From a virus (Duplodnaviria > Caudoviricetes), in IMG/VR virus record IMGVR_UViG_3300043637_000004, positions 1 through 58,262 of that record: a stretch of 58,262 nt of DNA; one strand, given 5' to 3'. The notes under the pieces were generated by a model, which was not told the DNA's origin, ran no database searches, and worked only from the letters and a program-made list of their open reading frames with translations. The position numbers and the translations under genes were made by a program. Positions 25,121-35,224 of the stretch are shown in pieces. Each line of letters opens with the position of its first letter. The first letter of the stretch is position 1.

Positions 25121-27604
25121 ATGGCCGATACCGTTTCAGAAGCGAAGGAGTTGTGGCAAGAGGCCGACGACTTCTACCGCGAAGAGCACCAGCGCATGCT
25201 GGAGGACTTGGAGTTCAGCAACCCCGCCGATCCCAAGCAGTGGACGGAGGCGGACAAGAAGGCGCGGGAGGAAAACAAGAGGCCGTGCCTGACGCTGGAC
25301 CAGACGAACCAGGTCATCGACCAGGTGGCCAACGACGCCCGGCAGAACCGGCGCGGAGTGGACATCACGCCCACGGACACGCAAGGCAGCAAGCGCACGG
25401 CCGAGGTGATGGAGGGGATGGTCAGGCAGGTGGAGTACGAGAACCGCGCCTACATCGCCTACAACACAGCCCTGGACTTCGCCGCGCGCATGGGCAAGGG
25501 CTACTTCCGCATCGGCACCAGGATGCTGAACCCGGCCATGAACTGGCAGAAGATCACGGTTTCGGCCATCGTGTCGCCGCTGTCCGTGCGCTTCGACACC
25601 GGCAGCGTGGAGCTGGACGGCATGGACGGCAAGTGGTGCTTCAACGCCTACGACATGCACCGGCGCCAGTTCAAGAAGAAGTACGGCGACAAGACCGCCC
25701 ACACGTCGTGGACGGACACCGTGGGCCGCGACAACTTCATCACGCTCTGCGAGTACTTCTACGTGGACGAGGTGGCCGAGAAGTACCTTCACGTGGTGCA
25801 GAGCGATGGCGTCGAACGCCAGATCCTGGCCGCAGACTGGGAAGCCGAGGCAGGTTCAGCGCAACAGCGCGGGCTGGGGCTGCAACCTGGCCGCGACTTC
25901 GAGGTGATGCAGGCGCAGACCCGGTATTGCCTCTACAGCGGCTCCGAGAAACTGGAGGAGGACCGGGACTTTCCTTCGCAGTACATCCCCATCGTGCCGG
26001 TGTACGGGCACGTGCTGTGGATCAAGAACAAGCGCTACGTCTGCGGGCTCTCGCGGCGGATGCGCGAGTCGCAGCGGCTGCGAAACTTCGAGCGCAGCGC
26101 CTGGGTGGAGGTGGCTGGTCAGCAGCCCAAGGTGCCGTGGATCGTACCTGTCGAGGGCATCGCCGGGCACGAGGACAAGTGGAAGAACGCGAACCGTAGC
26201 AGTGACTCTGCTCTGGTCTACAACGCCTTCACGGCCGACGGACAAGCAATCCCGCCACCACAGCGATCTGCCCCGCCAAACGGTGCCCAGGTGTTCGCGG
26301 CCGGCGTGAACATGGCCACCGACGACTTGCAGGCGAGCGTGGGCTACTACCGCTCGAACTACGGCGCCCCCAGCAACGCCGTCAGCGGAAAGGCCAAGCT
26401 GGCAGACCAGCGCGAGGGCGACACAGCCACCTTCCACTACCAGGACAACCTGTCCATCGCCATCGAGCACGGCGGCCGGATCATGGTGGACATGATCCCG
26501 CGGGTGATGGACAGTAAGCGCGAGGTGACGGTGCGCTCGATCGCGGGCGCTGCCGAAGACGTGGTGGTTGACCCGGATGCCGGCGAGGCGTTCCAGCAGG
26601 GCGCCAACGGCAGCAAGGTCGTGAACTTCAACAAGGGCGGCTACGCCGTGCACGTGAAGACCGGTCCCGCGTACCACACGCTGCGGCAGGAGGCGAGCAC
26701 GGCCATGACAGAGCTGCTTTCGCGCAACCCGGCTCTGATGCAGATCCTGGGCCCGTGGTGGCTGCGGATGCAGGACTGGCCAGGCGCCGACCACGCGGCC
26801 GAGCTTCTGATGGCGGTGGCGCCGAAACCGATCCAGGACCTGGAGAACAAGAACACCAAGATCCCGGCCGAGGTGCGGCCTATCATCGCCGGCATGGAGC
26901 AGCAGATCGAGGCGGCGGCGCAGCAGATCCAGGAAATGGGCCAGGCGCTGCAGCAGGCGCAGATGCAGTTGCAGGACAAGCAGGCCGACGCCCAGGCGAA
27001 GATGATGGATGCCGACACAAAGGCCGGCGAGGCGCAGGTGAACGCCCAGGTGAAGGTGGCCGAGCTGGCCCTGCGCGAGCGCGATATGGGCCTGCGCGAG
27101 CGAGAAATGGTGCTGCGCGAGCTTCAGGCAGCCCAGCAGGCCGACCAGGCGGCCCAGTCCGGCAACGACACTGACAACGGCCTGGAGGTGGCGCTGAAGG
27201 CCAGCATCGACGATCAGAAGCTGGAGATCGATCGCTACAACGCCGAGACGAAGCGCATGCAGGTCGAGCAGGACGGAGAGATCGCTGCGAGGAAGGCCGA
27301 TCAGGAGGCTGCGGCCCTGGCGCTGGCCGCGGACAAGGACGAGCAAGACCGGGTGACCCAGGGCGCGGGCCCTGCCGGTGAGGCCCAGTCCAGCGCCCAG
27401 CCCGCGGCGGCACTCGACTCCGGCATGGCCGCGGCCCTGCTGGTGGCGCTGCAAACGCTACAGCAGACGGTGGATTCGCTCACGGCGTCTAAAAACAAGG
27501 TGGCGCGCATGACGAAGGTCGGTGATGGGACCTGGCAGATGGAGAGCGTGGAGACGCCGGCTGAACAGCCTGGCGCTGATGAACTCGAAGGAGATGAGGC
27601 TTGA
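25121..27604 (+). CDS. P22-like portal protein with a long C-terminal coiled coil
   Basis: QWTEADKKARE..RPCLTLD, YIPIVPVYG, SGKA..A.QREGD, YAVHVKTGPAY.TLRQE. Confidence 0.92.
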   Translation: MADTVSEAKELWQEADDFYREEHQRMLEDLEFSNPADPKQWTEADKKAREENKRPCLTLDQTNQVIDQVANDARQNRRGVDITPTDTQGSKRTAEVMEGMVRQVEYENRAYIAYNTALDFAARMGKGYFRIGTRMLNPAMNWQKITVSAIVSPLSVRFDTGSVELDGMDGKWCFNAYDMHRRQFKKKYGDKTAHTSWTDTVGRDNFITLCEYFYVDEVAEKYLHVVQSDGVERQILAADWEAEAGSAQQRGLGLQPGRDFEVMQAQTRYCLYSGSEKLEEDRDFPSQYIPIVPVYGHVLWIKNKRYVCGLSRRMRESQRLRNFERSAWVEVAGQQPKVPWIVPVEGIAGHEDKWKNANRSSDSALVYNAFTADGQAIPPPQRSAPPNGAQVFAAGVNMATDDLQASVGYYRSNYGAPSNAVSGKAKLADQREGDTATFHYQDNLSIAIEHGGRIMVDMIPRVMDSKREVTVRSIAGAAEDVVVDPDAGEAFQQGANGSKVVNFNKGGYAVHVKTGPAYHTLRQEASTAMTELLSRNPALMQILGPWWLRMQDWPGADHAAELLMAVAPKPIQDLENKNTKIPAEVRPIIAGMEQQIEAAAQQIQEMGQALQQAQMQLQDKQADAQAKMMDADTKAGEAQVNAQVKVAELALRERDMGLREREMVLRELQAAQQADQAAQSGNDTDNGLEVALKASIDDQKLEIDRYNAETKRMQVEQDGEIAARKADQEAAALALAADKDEQDRVTQGAGPAGEAQSSAQPAAALDSGMAAALLVALQTLQQTVDSLTASKNKVARMTKVGDGTWQMESVETPAEQPGADELEGDEA

Positions 27605-30246
27605 CCCAACTTTTCGCGAACAACGCCCAGAGCACGGTGGCGTCCCTGGTTGGCGCGGCCGATAACACGGTGCAGGTTGCCAGCGGCGATGGTTCGCTGT
27701 TCCCGACGCCAGCCGGCGGCGACTACTTCCGCGTCACGCTCACCCAGGCCGGCGACGAAAGCTCGTGGGAGATCCTGACGTGCACCGCCCGCAGCGGCGA
27801 CGTGCTCACCGTCACACGGGCGCAGGAGGGCACCGCCACGGCGACCTGGGCAGTTGGCAGCAAGGTCGAGTTGCGCCTCACGGCTGGCGTGCTGTGGCCG
27901 CTGGAGTCGAGCGTCTCCGGCAACCTGCCGGTGGCGAACCTGGATGGCGGGACCAATGCCGACGCGACCACGGTATGGCATGGCGACGGAGCCTGGCGCG
28001 TGCCTGCATCAGTATCAGGCACCGTCACCTCGGTGGATATCACGCCGCCCAGCGAGGGCATCACGGCCAGCGGCGGACCAATCACGTCGTCAGGGTCCAT
28101 CGTGTTGGAACTTGCGAACGACCTGGCTGCTGTGGAAGACCTGTTTGGCGCAGGGATTGCCGTGCGGGTGGACGAGGATGTGTGGGAACTGCGTGAGATT
28201 GAAGGGGCGCCTACTCGGATAGATGTCGTGGACGGCGACGGCTCGGGCGGGAATCCAACGATTGACATCTCGGCCTCGTACAACGGGCAGTCCACCATCA
28301 CTACGCTCGGGACAGTAGTGATCGGAGGTTGGCAGGCTACCCCGGTTGACGTGCCATACGGCGGCACGGGGCTCGTCAGCGTCGGATCGGCTGGGTCCTT
28401 GCTGTATTCCACGTCGCCGTCTACCTTGGGCATCGTCCCTCCGAGCGCTGATGGGTTCGTGTTGACGCTCGTTTCTGGCGCGCCGGACTGGCAGCCATCA
28501 ACGCTCACCGGCGGCACCGTCACCAGCGTGGGCATCACCCCACCAGCCGCAGGTATCACGGTCTCTGGTGGGCCGGTCACAACGTCCGGTGCAATCACGC
28601 TGGCCCTAGCCAATGACCTGGCCGGTCTGGAGGGATTGAGCAGCTCCGGCCTGGCCTCGCGGACTGGGGTCGATACATGGGCAGTCCGGGCCGTCGTTGG
28701 GGTGAACAACCGCACAACGATCACGGACGGCAATGGCGTGGCGGGTGACCCGACAGTAGACATCGCAGTAACCTACGTCGGGCAGACCAGCATCACCACG
28801 CTCGGAACAGTTGGCACCGGGGTCTGGCAGGGTACGACCGTTGCGGCCAACTTCGGCGGTACCGGGTTCATTTCCTACGCGGTGGGTGACATCCTATTCG
28901 CCAGCACCACCAGCGTGTTGTCGAAGTTGGCTGACGTGGCAACCGGCAATGCGCTCATCTCCGGCGGGGTCGGCGTAGCTCCGGCCTGGGGAAAGATCGG
29001 TCTGGCCACCCACGTCTCTGGCTCCCTGCCGGCCGGAAACGGCGGCACCGGGTACTCCAGTTTCACGGATGGCGACCTTCTGGTAGGACTCAACGGGGCG
29101 GTGATAGCCAAACTGGCTATCGGCAGCACGAACCAAGTTCTGACTGTCGTTGGCGGCCTGCCGGCATGGGGTGGGGCACCAAGCAGCGCCCTGACGTCCA
29201 CCAACATCGGTTATGGCAACGGGTCGAACGTGCTCACCGGCACATCCACCTTCACTTGGACGAACTCGACGCTTACGATGCAGATGGGCGCAGGCACCGG
29301 GGTGTCCACCATCCAAACTGCCGCGGCGTCCAGCGGCTCCAATGCGGCGTCCTTGACGATCCAGACAGGTGCCGCGAACTCCGGCGTTGTAGGGGCTGGG
29401 TTGCTGACGCTTCAGGGCGGTGCTGGGGCCGGCACATCGGCAGCCGGCAGCGTCGCCATCACAGCCGGCAACAACCCGAGCTCCGGGGCCGGTGGCTCGG
29501 TGTCAATCACAGCAGGAACAAGCTCAAGTGGCACAGCCGGCAACTTCACCGTGGTTGTCAACGGCACCACGCGGCTGACCATCGCGAACACTGGCGCCGC
29601 CACGTTCCAGTCGTCGCTGGCGGGCACCTCCGGCGTGTTCTCGTCCACGCTGGAAAGCACGTCGCTGCTGGTCACGGGATCGACGGCGCCAGCCAACGGC
29701 ATGTACCTCCAGGCCGCTGGCGTGGTCGGACTGGCGGCCAACTCCACGGCGGCCTACAAGTACGGGTCGAACGCCTTCCTGTCCCAGACGGACAACTCGC
29801 GTGACCTCGGCGAGGCATCCACCGGGCGCTGGCGCAATCTCTACATCGTCAACAGCCCGACCGTTGGCTCTGACCTGCGCGGCAAAACCGATGTGGTTGA
29901 TTGCGATCTGGGGCTGAACTTCGTGCTGGCCCTTCGGCCGATCGCCTACCGGCAACTGGTGGGCAAGGTCGAGGTGAGCAAGGACGGATTGAACACGGAA
30001 ACACCGGTGCCTGGTGATCGCGTGCACCGCGGCTTCGGCGCGCAGCAGGTACGCGAGGTGCTTGGCCAGTTCGGGCTGGACGGACGAACCTTCGCCGGCT
30101 GGTGCCTGGCCGACCCGGCCGACCCAGAGTCACGCCAGGCACTTCGCCACGAGCAGTTCATCGCGCCGATGGTGAAGGCGATCCAGGAACAGGCTGCCCA
30201 GATCGCGGAACTGCGCGCCCAGGTGACGAAGCTGCTGGGCGGCTGA
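27601..30246 (+). CDS. long fibre protein with a C-terminal intramolecular chaperone (peptidase S74-like)
   Basis: FANNA...RAQEGT N-domain, Gly/Thr-rich body, SDLRGKTDV...GLNFVLALRP..Y...HRGFGAQQV...MVKAIQE. Confidence 0.85.
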   Translation: MTQLFANNAQSTVASLVGAADNTVQVASGDGSLFPTPAGGDYFRVTLTQAGDESSWEILTCTARSGDVLTVTRAQEGTATATWAVGSKVELRLTAGVLWPLESSVSGNLPVANLDGGTNADATTVWHGDGAWRVPASVSGTVTSVDITPPSEGITASGGPITSSGSIVLELANDLAAVEDLFGAGIAVRVDEDVWELREIEGAPTRIDVVDGDGSGGNPTIDISASYNGQSTITTLGTVVIGGWQATPVDVPYGGTGLVSVGSAGSLLYSTSPSTLGIVPPSADGFVLTLVSGAPDWQPSTLTGGTVTSVGITPPAAGITVSGGPVTTSGAITLALANDLAGLEGLSSSGLASRTGVDTWAVRAVVGVNNRTTITDGNGVAGDPTVDIAVTYVGQTSITTLGTVGTGVWQGTTVAANFGGTGFISYAVGDILFASTTSVLSKLADVATGNALISGGVGVAPAWGKIGLATHVSGSLPAGNGGTGYSSFTDGDLLVGLNGAVIAKLAIGSTNQVLTVVGGLPAWGGAPSSALTSTNIGYGNGSNVLTGTSTFTWTNSTLTMQMGAGTGVSTIQTAAASSGSNAASLTIQTGAANSGVVGAGLLTLQGGAGAGTSAAGSVAITAGNNPSSGAGGSVSITAGTSSSGTAGNFTVVVNGTTRLTIANTGAATFQSSLAGTSGVFSSTLESTSLLVTGSTAPANGMYLQAAGVVGLAANSTAAYKYGSNAFLSQTDNSRDLGEASTGRWRNLYIVNSPTVGSDLRGKTDVVDCDLGLNFVLALRPIAYRQLVGKVEVSKDGLNTETPVPGDRVHRGFGAQQVREVLGQFGLDGRTFAGWCLADPADPESRQALRHEQFIAPMVKAIQEQAAQIAELRAQVTKLLGG

Positions 30247-30259
30247 GCGGAGCGGCGCC

Positions 30260-30727
30260 GTGCGCTTCAACTCCGCGCCCATCAACGGCGCCGCCTTCAA
30301 CGACGAAGTCGCGACTACAGAACCGCCAGTCCCGCCACCACCGCCTGAGCCGGCTACCGGTGGTGGCGGGACATGGGGCGCCGGACCGAGCCACCGCTTC
30401 GTTGTCCACTACGGCAAGGAATACCCAGAGGATGCGCGCACGCCGGTGGCGCAGGCCGTTGCCGAGGTGGCTGGCGAAGTCGCCGAGCCAGCTCCGCCGC
30501 CGGCCACCATCCGGCGATCCATGCCGCGCCGCCGTTCCTTCTTCACGCCGGACCCGCCTGGTGCAGCCGAGATCCTGCTGGCTGAACTGCTGGTGTTCCA
30601 GCAGGCTGACATGCTGCTGGCCGCCAAGATCCAGGCCGACCTGCTTGGCATCCGGTCCCTGCGCGAAGCCGCTCTGATCCAGGAAGAGGAAGAGGCGCTG
30701 GAGCTATTCATGCTCTTGGAGTCCTGA
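30260..30727 (+). CDS. hypothetical protein, possibly virion-associated
   Basis: GGAG RBS; FNSAPINGAAFN N-terminus. Confidence 0.6.
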   Translation: MRFNSAPINGAAFNDEVATTEPPVPPPPPEPATGGGGTWGAGPSHRFVVHYGKEYPEDARTPVAQAVAEVAGEVAEPAPPPATIRRSMPRRRSFFTPDPPGAAEILLAELLVFQQADMLLAAKIQADLLGIRSLREAALIQEEEEALELFMLLES

Positions 30728-30736
30728 CAGGTAGGT

Positions 30737-30782
30737 TTGACAAGTTAGTGCATACTCCGGCACATTGTGAGTACGCACTTCG
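30737..30782 (+). promoter_or_regulatory. sigma70-like promoter overlapped by an inverted repeat
   Basis: TTGACA at 30737; AGTGCATACTC...GAGTACGCACT. Confidence 0.55.
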
Positions 30783-30794
30783 CGGCGTTGCGCG

Positions 30795-31691
30795 ATGTCA
30801 TACCTGACGGAAGTCATGCCACAACCTCAAGGCTCTGGCGAGCCTCAATCGCCTGAAGACACCACGCAAAAACCGGCGGACGTGGAGCCGAAGACGCCCG
30901 AGGACAGTACGTCCGAGGGGCAGCAGAAGGACAAGGGTACCGGAGAAGGCGCCGAGGACGAAGGCAAGGGCAAGCCCCAGCTTTCTGACAGCGACCGGGC
31001 GATCCGAAGCCTGCAACGCCGCGTCAGCCGACTGACGCAAGAGAAGGCGGTGCTGGCGGCGCGGATGAGCCTGGTGCAGCCGCGCCGAGCCGAAGAATCC
31101 CCCCAAGCTGACCCCGATGAAGACGATGACGAGGGCACGGATGATGGCTGGACTGATCCGGGCAAGCGCAAGCCCCCGGCGCGGCCGGCGACTCCGAAGC
31201 TGACGGAACAGGAAGTGAACCGGCGGGCAGCAGCGCTTGCGGCCGTGCACCTGGAAGCGGGTGAGCACGTGAAGTCCGCCAACGCAGCCGTGCACGCAGG
31301 ACGCAAGGCGTTCAAGGAGTTCGACACCATGTTGCGGACCGTGGCCGATGAGGTCGGCGGGTTCTACGAAGACGACGCCCAAGGCGGCCGGCCACTGCCG
31401 ATTGCCCGGGCGATCTTCGAGGAAACCGACGAGCCTCACAAGGTCATCCGCTACTTGGCTGAGAACCCCGAAGTAGCTGCCGAGCTGGGTGATCTTCCCG
31501 CGCGCCGTCAGATCCGCAGGCTGGCACAGATCGAAGCCGAGATGGGCCAAGCCACGAAACCGAAACCGAGCAATGCCCCGAAGCCGGTTGACGCCCCCAA
31601 GGGTTCCCCGACCGGCTCAGACGAGCCGGATCCGAAGAACGCAGAGGCGTGGATCGCATGGCGAAACGGAAAGCTAGCCAAGCGGGCATAG
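30795..31691 (+). CDS. capsid scaffolding protein
   Basis: Acidic N-terminus, QRRVSRLT coil, VIRYLAENP, AWIAWRN tail; immediately upstream of the coat gene. Confidence 0.8.
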   Translation: MSYLTEVMPQPQGSGEPQSPEDTTQKPADVEPKTPEDSTSEGQQKDKGTGEGAEDEGKGKPQLSDSDRAIRSLQRRVSRLTQEKAVLAARMSLVQPRRAEESPQADPDEDDDEGTDDGWTDPGKRKPPARPATPKLTEQEVNRRAAALAAVHLEAGEHVKSANAAVHAGRKAFKEFDTMLRTVADEVGGFYEDDAQGGRPLPIARAIFEETDEPHKVIRYLAENPEVAAELGDLPARRQIRRLAQIEAEMGQATKPKPSNAPKPVDAPKGSPTGSDEPDPKNAEAWIAWRNGKLAKRA

Positions 31692-31712
31692 CCCACACCG
31701 AGGTGAAAGAAA

Positions 31713-32945
31713 ATGGCTGACGTACTCCTGACCCCCACGATGATCCTCAACGAGACGATGAGGATGGTAAAAAACAAGTCGGCATTCCTACCGTACATCA
31801 ACAAGCAGTTCAACGACGAGTTCGCCAAGAAGGGCATGAAGGCGGGTTCCTCGGTGTACCCGCGCCGGCCCGTGCAGTTCACGGTGCGAAGCGGCGCCAC
31901 GGCCTCGCTGCAGGACGTGGTGGAAACGAGCGAGGCGATCACCGTCGAGCCCGAGTTCGGCATCGACTGGGACTTCACCGACTTCGACCTGACGCTGAGC
32001 ATCGACAAGTTCAGCGAGCGCTACCTGGCAACGGCCGGCGAGCAACTGGCGACCGAACTGGACATGCGCATCGCCAGCCGCTTCTACAAGCGCATCTACA
32101 ACCACACCGGCACGCCGGGCCAGCGGCCCAGTTCCTCGCTGGCTGTCGGCCAGGCGAACGCGCTGCTGACCAACATGGGGGCTCCGTTGTCGGACCGCAT
32201 CCTGGCGCTGGAGCCGCTGGCGATGGCGAACATGGTCGATGCCCTGAAGGGCGCGTTCAACGACCAGAAGTCGGTGGCCGAGCAGTTCCGCACCGGCCTC
32301 GTGAAGACGCACCTGGGCTGCGACTACCAGTCGTCTCCCAACGTGCCGACCCACCTGGTGGGCGTGTACGGCGGCACGCCGCTGAGCAACGGTGCCACGC
32401 AGGGTTCCACGGGCGCCAACAACGCCTTCGTGGCCACCACGGCGGTGGTGACCGACGGATGGACGGCGACCACCACAGTGCTGACAGAAGGCGACATCAT
32501 CACCTTCGCTGGCGTGAACGCGGTGAACCCGCGCAACAAGCAGGACCTGGGATACCTGAAGCAGTTCGTGGTGACAGCGGCGACGGTGACCGATGGCTCG
32601 GGTAACTCCACCATCACCGTGAGCCCGGGCGTGATTGCCGGCGGCGCCTACCAGAACGTGACGCAGCGCATCGCCGACAACTCGGCGATCACGGTGGTGA
32701 CCGGCACGACGGCGACGGTGTACCCGCAGAACGTGCTGTTCCACCCTGAAGCCTTCACCATGGTGACGGTGGAACTGCCGCTGCCGAACGGCCAGGACAT
32801 GGCCGAGCGCATCACGGTGGACGGCGTGCACATGCGGTTCCTGCGCGGCTTCGACATCACGAACAACAAGCGGATCTGCCGCTTCGACATCATGGCCGGG
32901 TTCGGGTCGTTGAACCGTGATTGGGCGATTCGACTGACCAGTTGA
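31713..32945 (+). CDS. major capsid protein (P22 gp5 coat family)
   Basis: LLTPTMI..E, DLTLSIDKFSERYL, GDIITFAGVNAVNP, FHPEAFT, CRFDIMAG. Confidence 0.92.
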   Translation: MADVLLTPTMILNETMRMVKNKSAFLPYINKQFNDEFAKKGMKAGSSVYPRRPVQFTVRSGATASLQDVVETSEAITVEPEFGIDWDFTDFDLTLSIDKFSERYLATAGEQLATELDMRIASRFYKRIYNHTGTPGQRPSSSLAVGQANALLTNMGAPLSDRILALEPLAMANMVDALKGAFNDQKSVAEQFRTGLVKTHLGCDYQSSPNVPTHLVGVYGGTPLSNGATQGSTGANNAFVATTAVVTDGWTATTTVLTEGDIITFAGVNAVNPRNKQDLGYLKQFVVTAATVTDGSGNSTITVSPGVIAGGAYQNVTQRIADNSAITVVTGTTATVYPQNVLFHPEAFTMVTVELPLPNGQDMAERITVDGVHMRFLRGFDITNNKRICRFDIMAGFGSLNRDWAIRLTS

Positions 32946-32974
32946 CCCGGGTTGTTGGCGAGTTCTCCCCTTGT

Positions 32975-32997
32975 GGCCGGCACTGCCGGCCTTTTCT
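32975..32997 (+). terminator. intrinsic terminator after the coat gene
   Basis: GGCCGG-cactg-CCGGCC-TTTTCT. Confidence 0.65.
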
Positions 32998-33017
32998 CTA
33001 CCTGAAGGGAACGCGAA

Positions 33018-33344
33018 ATGAGCGTGAGCAGCATCGATGGCAACGTCAGGGGCATGTTCCTGATGATGGCCACCATCAACCCGGCGTCCGTGGCGGCAGC
33101 CACCACGGCAGATCAGACCTTCACGGTGCGCGGCCTTCGGGCGAGCGACGTGCTGATCATGGTGCAGAAGCCAACCCTGAGCGCCGGCCTTGGCATTGCG
33201 AACTGGCGTATCTCGGCGGCCAACACGATCGCCATCACGTTCGTGAACGCCACGGCAGGCGCCGTCGATCCGGGCAGCGAGGTGTACAAGCTGCTGGTGG
33301 CGCGGCCCGACACGCCTTCTCTATATATCGCCATCGACGGCTGA
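33018..33344 (+). CDS. putative head decoration protein
   Basis: PASVAAATTADQTFTVRGL...RISAANTIAITFVN.T; follows the coat gene. Confidence 0.65.
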   Translation: MSVSSIDGNVRGMFLMMATINPASVAAATTADQTFTVRGLRASDVLIMVQKPTLSAGLGIANWRISAANTIAITFVNATAGAVDPGSEVYKLLVARPDTPSLYIAIDG

Positions 33345-33580
33345 TGCGTGCCGGCGGCTACCCCTGCTGGCTGTACGACGCGGCCGGCGGGCACCTGTTC
33401 AAGTCGGAGGAACAGCACCTTTCCCACGAGGGGGTGCTGTACGAGAGCCCGGCGGACGTACCGCCGCCGGCACCACCCGAGGCGCCGGTGATCCCGTCGT
33501 TCGGGGCTGAGGAAGCCGCGGCGGCGGTTGCTGCCGTGGCTCCCGAGCCGGCCCAGCCCGGCCGGAAGAAGAAGGGGTAA
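33344..33580 (+). CDS. hypothetical protein
   Basis: TGATG coupling; YPCWLY...GRKKKG. Confidence 0.6.
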   Translation: MRAGGYPCWLYDAAGGHLFKSEEQHLSHEGVLYESPADVPPPAPPEAPVIPSFGAEEAAAAVAAVAPEPAQPGRKKKG

Positions 33581-33583
33581 GGC

Positions 33584-34300
33584 ATGGCGATCACCGCCCG
33601 CGGGACCATCACCGGCGCGCTGAAGATCCTGGGGGTGCTCGATCCCCTGGAGACGATGAAGCCTGAACAGGCCGACCAGGGCATGGAGTCGCTGGCCGAC
33701 CTGGTGGACCTGCTGGCGGTGGACTCGCTGGTGATCTACGCCACGCAGAACCTGACGGCGGCGTTCGCGGGGGCATCGGCCACGGTGGGCCCGGCAGGGA
33801 CGTTCGCCACCACCACCGCGCGCCCGCTGCGGATCAACCACGGCTTCTACCGCAAGAGCGGAATCGACTACCTGGTCACGCCGCTGCAGACGCGGGCGCA
33901 GTACGACAGCATCAGCCAGAAGAGCATCTCCACGGAGTACCCGGAGTATCTCTGGTATGACCCCCAAGTGCCGCTGGGCACCGTGTACGTGTGGCCGGTG
34001 CCGGCGGGCGTGAACAGCTACTTCCTGAACGTGGACGTGCTGTTGACCGAGTTCGCGACGCTGGACACGAGCTACAACGTGCCGCAGGGCTACCGGACCA
34101 TGCTCAAGTACGAGCTGGCGCGGCTGCTGGCGCCGATCTTCCAAGTGGCCATGCCGGCCGACGCCGAGCGCGTGCGCGTGAACGCGATGAACCTGATCAA
34201 GCGCACGAACACGCAAGTGCCGAAGATGCGGACGGACACCATCCAGACGGAAGGGCGGACGTACAACATCCTGAGCAACCAGTTCGACGGCGGCACCTGA
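33584..34300 (+). CDS. head-tail adaptor (P22 gp4-like)
   Basis: ITGALKILGVL..LET...RPLRI...VYVWPVP...PQGYRTMLKYELARLLAP; expected position. Confidence 0.8.
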   Translation: MAITARGTITGALKILGVLDPLETMKPEQADQGMESLADLVDLLAVDSLVIYATQNLTAAFAGASATVGPAGTFATTTARPLRINHGFYRKSGIDYLVTPLQTRAQYDSISQKSISTEYPEYLWYDPQVPLGTVYVWPVPAGVNSYFLNVDVLLTEFATLDTSYNVPQGYRTMLKYELARLLAPIFQVAMPADAERVRVNAMNLIKRTNTQVPKMRTDTIQTEGRTYNILSNQFDGGT

Positions 34301-34312
34301 CCGGGGGCGGAC

Positions 34313-35224
34313 GTGGAGATCCCATTCGTCGGGCCGACCTATAACCTGGAGACGCGGGAAGCCGCGGTCCAGCGCACCATCAACATGGAGCCGCTGCCGC
34401 AGGAGCCTGGCAACGAGCGCACCGCCTGGGTGTTCCAGGACGTGCCGGGGCTGGTACTGGCGACTGACTTCCCGGCCGTGGCCACCGAGACCGTGCTGTT
34501 CCTGTTCCACATGATAGGTGACGAGCCGACATCGGAAGGGGCGGCGGAGTTCGTTGGGCCTGGGCAAGCGTTCGATCAAACAGGAGCAAACTGGGACGCA
34601 ACTAATGTCGGCTCTGAGATATTCTCGTCGTTTCCTTACCCGAAGTTTGGGGTGGCGGGGCTACTGGACGCGTCGGGGGTGATGTGGGTCCGGGATGATT
34701 CACCAACAAATCCGGAAGTTCCTGGAGAGTTTTCTACGGTCGGGAAGACCACGCTGCAGATATCGACTTGGATTTTCGTTCAAGCGAACAGCACCGTTCC
34801 GCCGGTTCTGTTGGAAATTTCTGTCGGTAAATTCGCTTACCCGTTCGGATCCAGTACCCTCATCCTACGCGTTACCGGTGATGGTGATGTATTTCAGGCA
34901 CAAGTGGCGTGGCAGCCGTCTGATTTTGGTGAACAATCGTCTAATCCAGCGTCGGTACCTACGTATGGGTGGGTCAATCTGGTGTTGTCATACTACAAAA
35001 TTGGCGAATTTGCTAACGTGGAGCTATACATAGACGGTGTGTTTTCAGGGGGGCTTTCCGAAGTCGATCTATCCGGTGTACTTGAAGATATGAACCCAAT
35101 AAACGACATGTTTATACAAATGGCGGGCCCCGGAGTGTATATAGATGAAGCTCGATCGACTCTTGGTGGAACCGCTATCTTTTCTGACTTCACCCCGCCG
35201 GTTGCACCATGGCCAAACCCTTGA
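34313..35224 (+). CDS. N-terminal fragment of a gp10-like tail hub fused to a LamG/ConA-like domain
   Basis: IPFVGPTY...QRTINMEP...PGLVLAT (gp10 N-terminus), then VLFLFHM.G...IDEAR...FTPPVAPWP (LamG-like). The second part is visibly AT-richer. Confidence 0.75.
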   Translation: MEIPFVGPTYNLETREAAVQRTINMEPLPQEPGNERTAWVFQDVPGLVLATDFPAVATETVLFLFHMIGDEPTSEGAAEFVGPGQAFDQTGANWDATNVGSEIFSSFPYPKFGVAGLLDASGVMWVRDDSPTNPEVPGEFSTVGKTTLQISTWIFVQANSTVPPVLLEISVGKFAYPFGSSTLILRVTGDGDVFQAQVAWQPSDFGEQSSNPASVPTYGWVNLVLSYYKIGEFANVELYIDGVFSGGLSEVDLSGVLEDMNPINDMFIQMAGPGVYIDEARSTLGGTAIFSDFTPPVAPWPNP

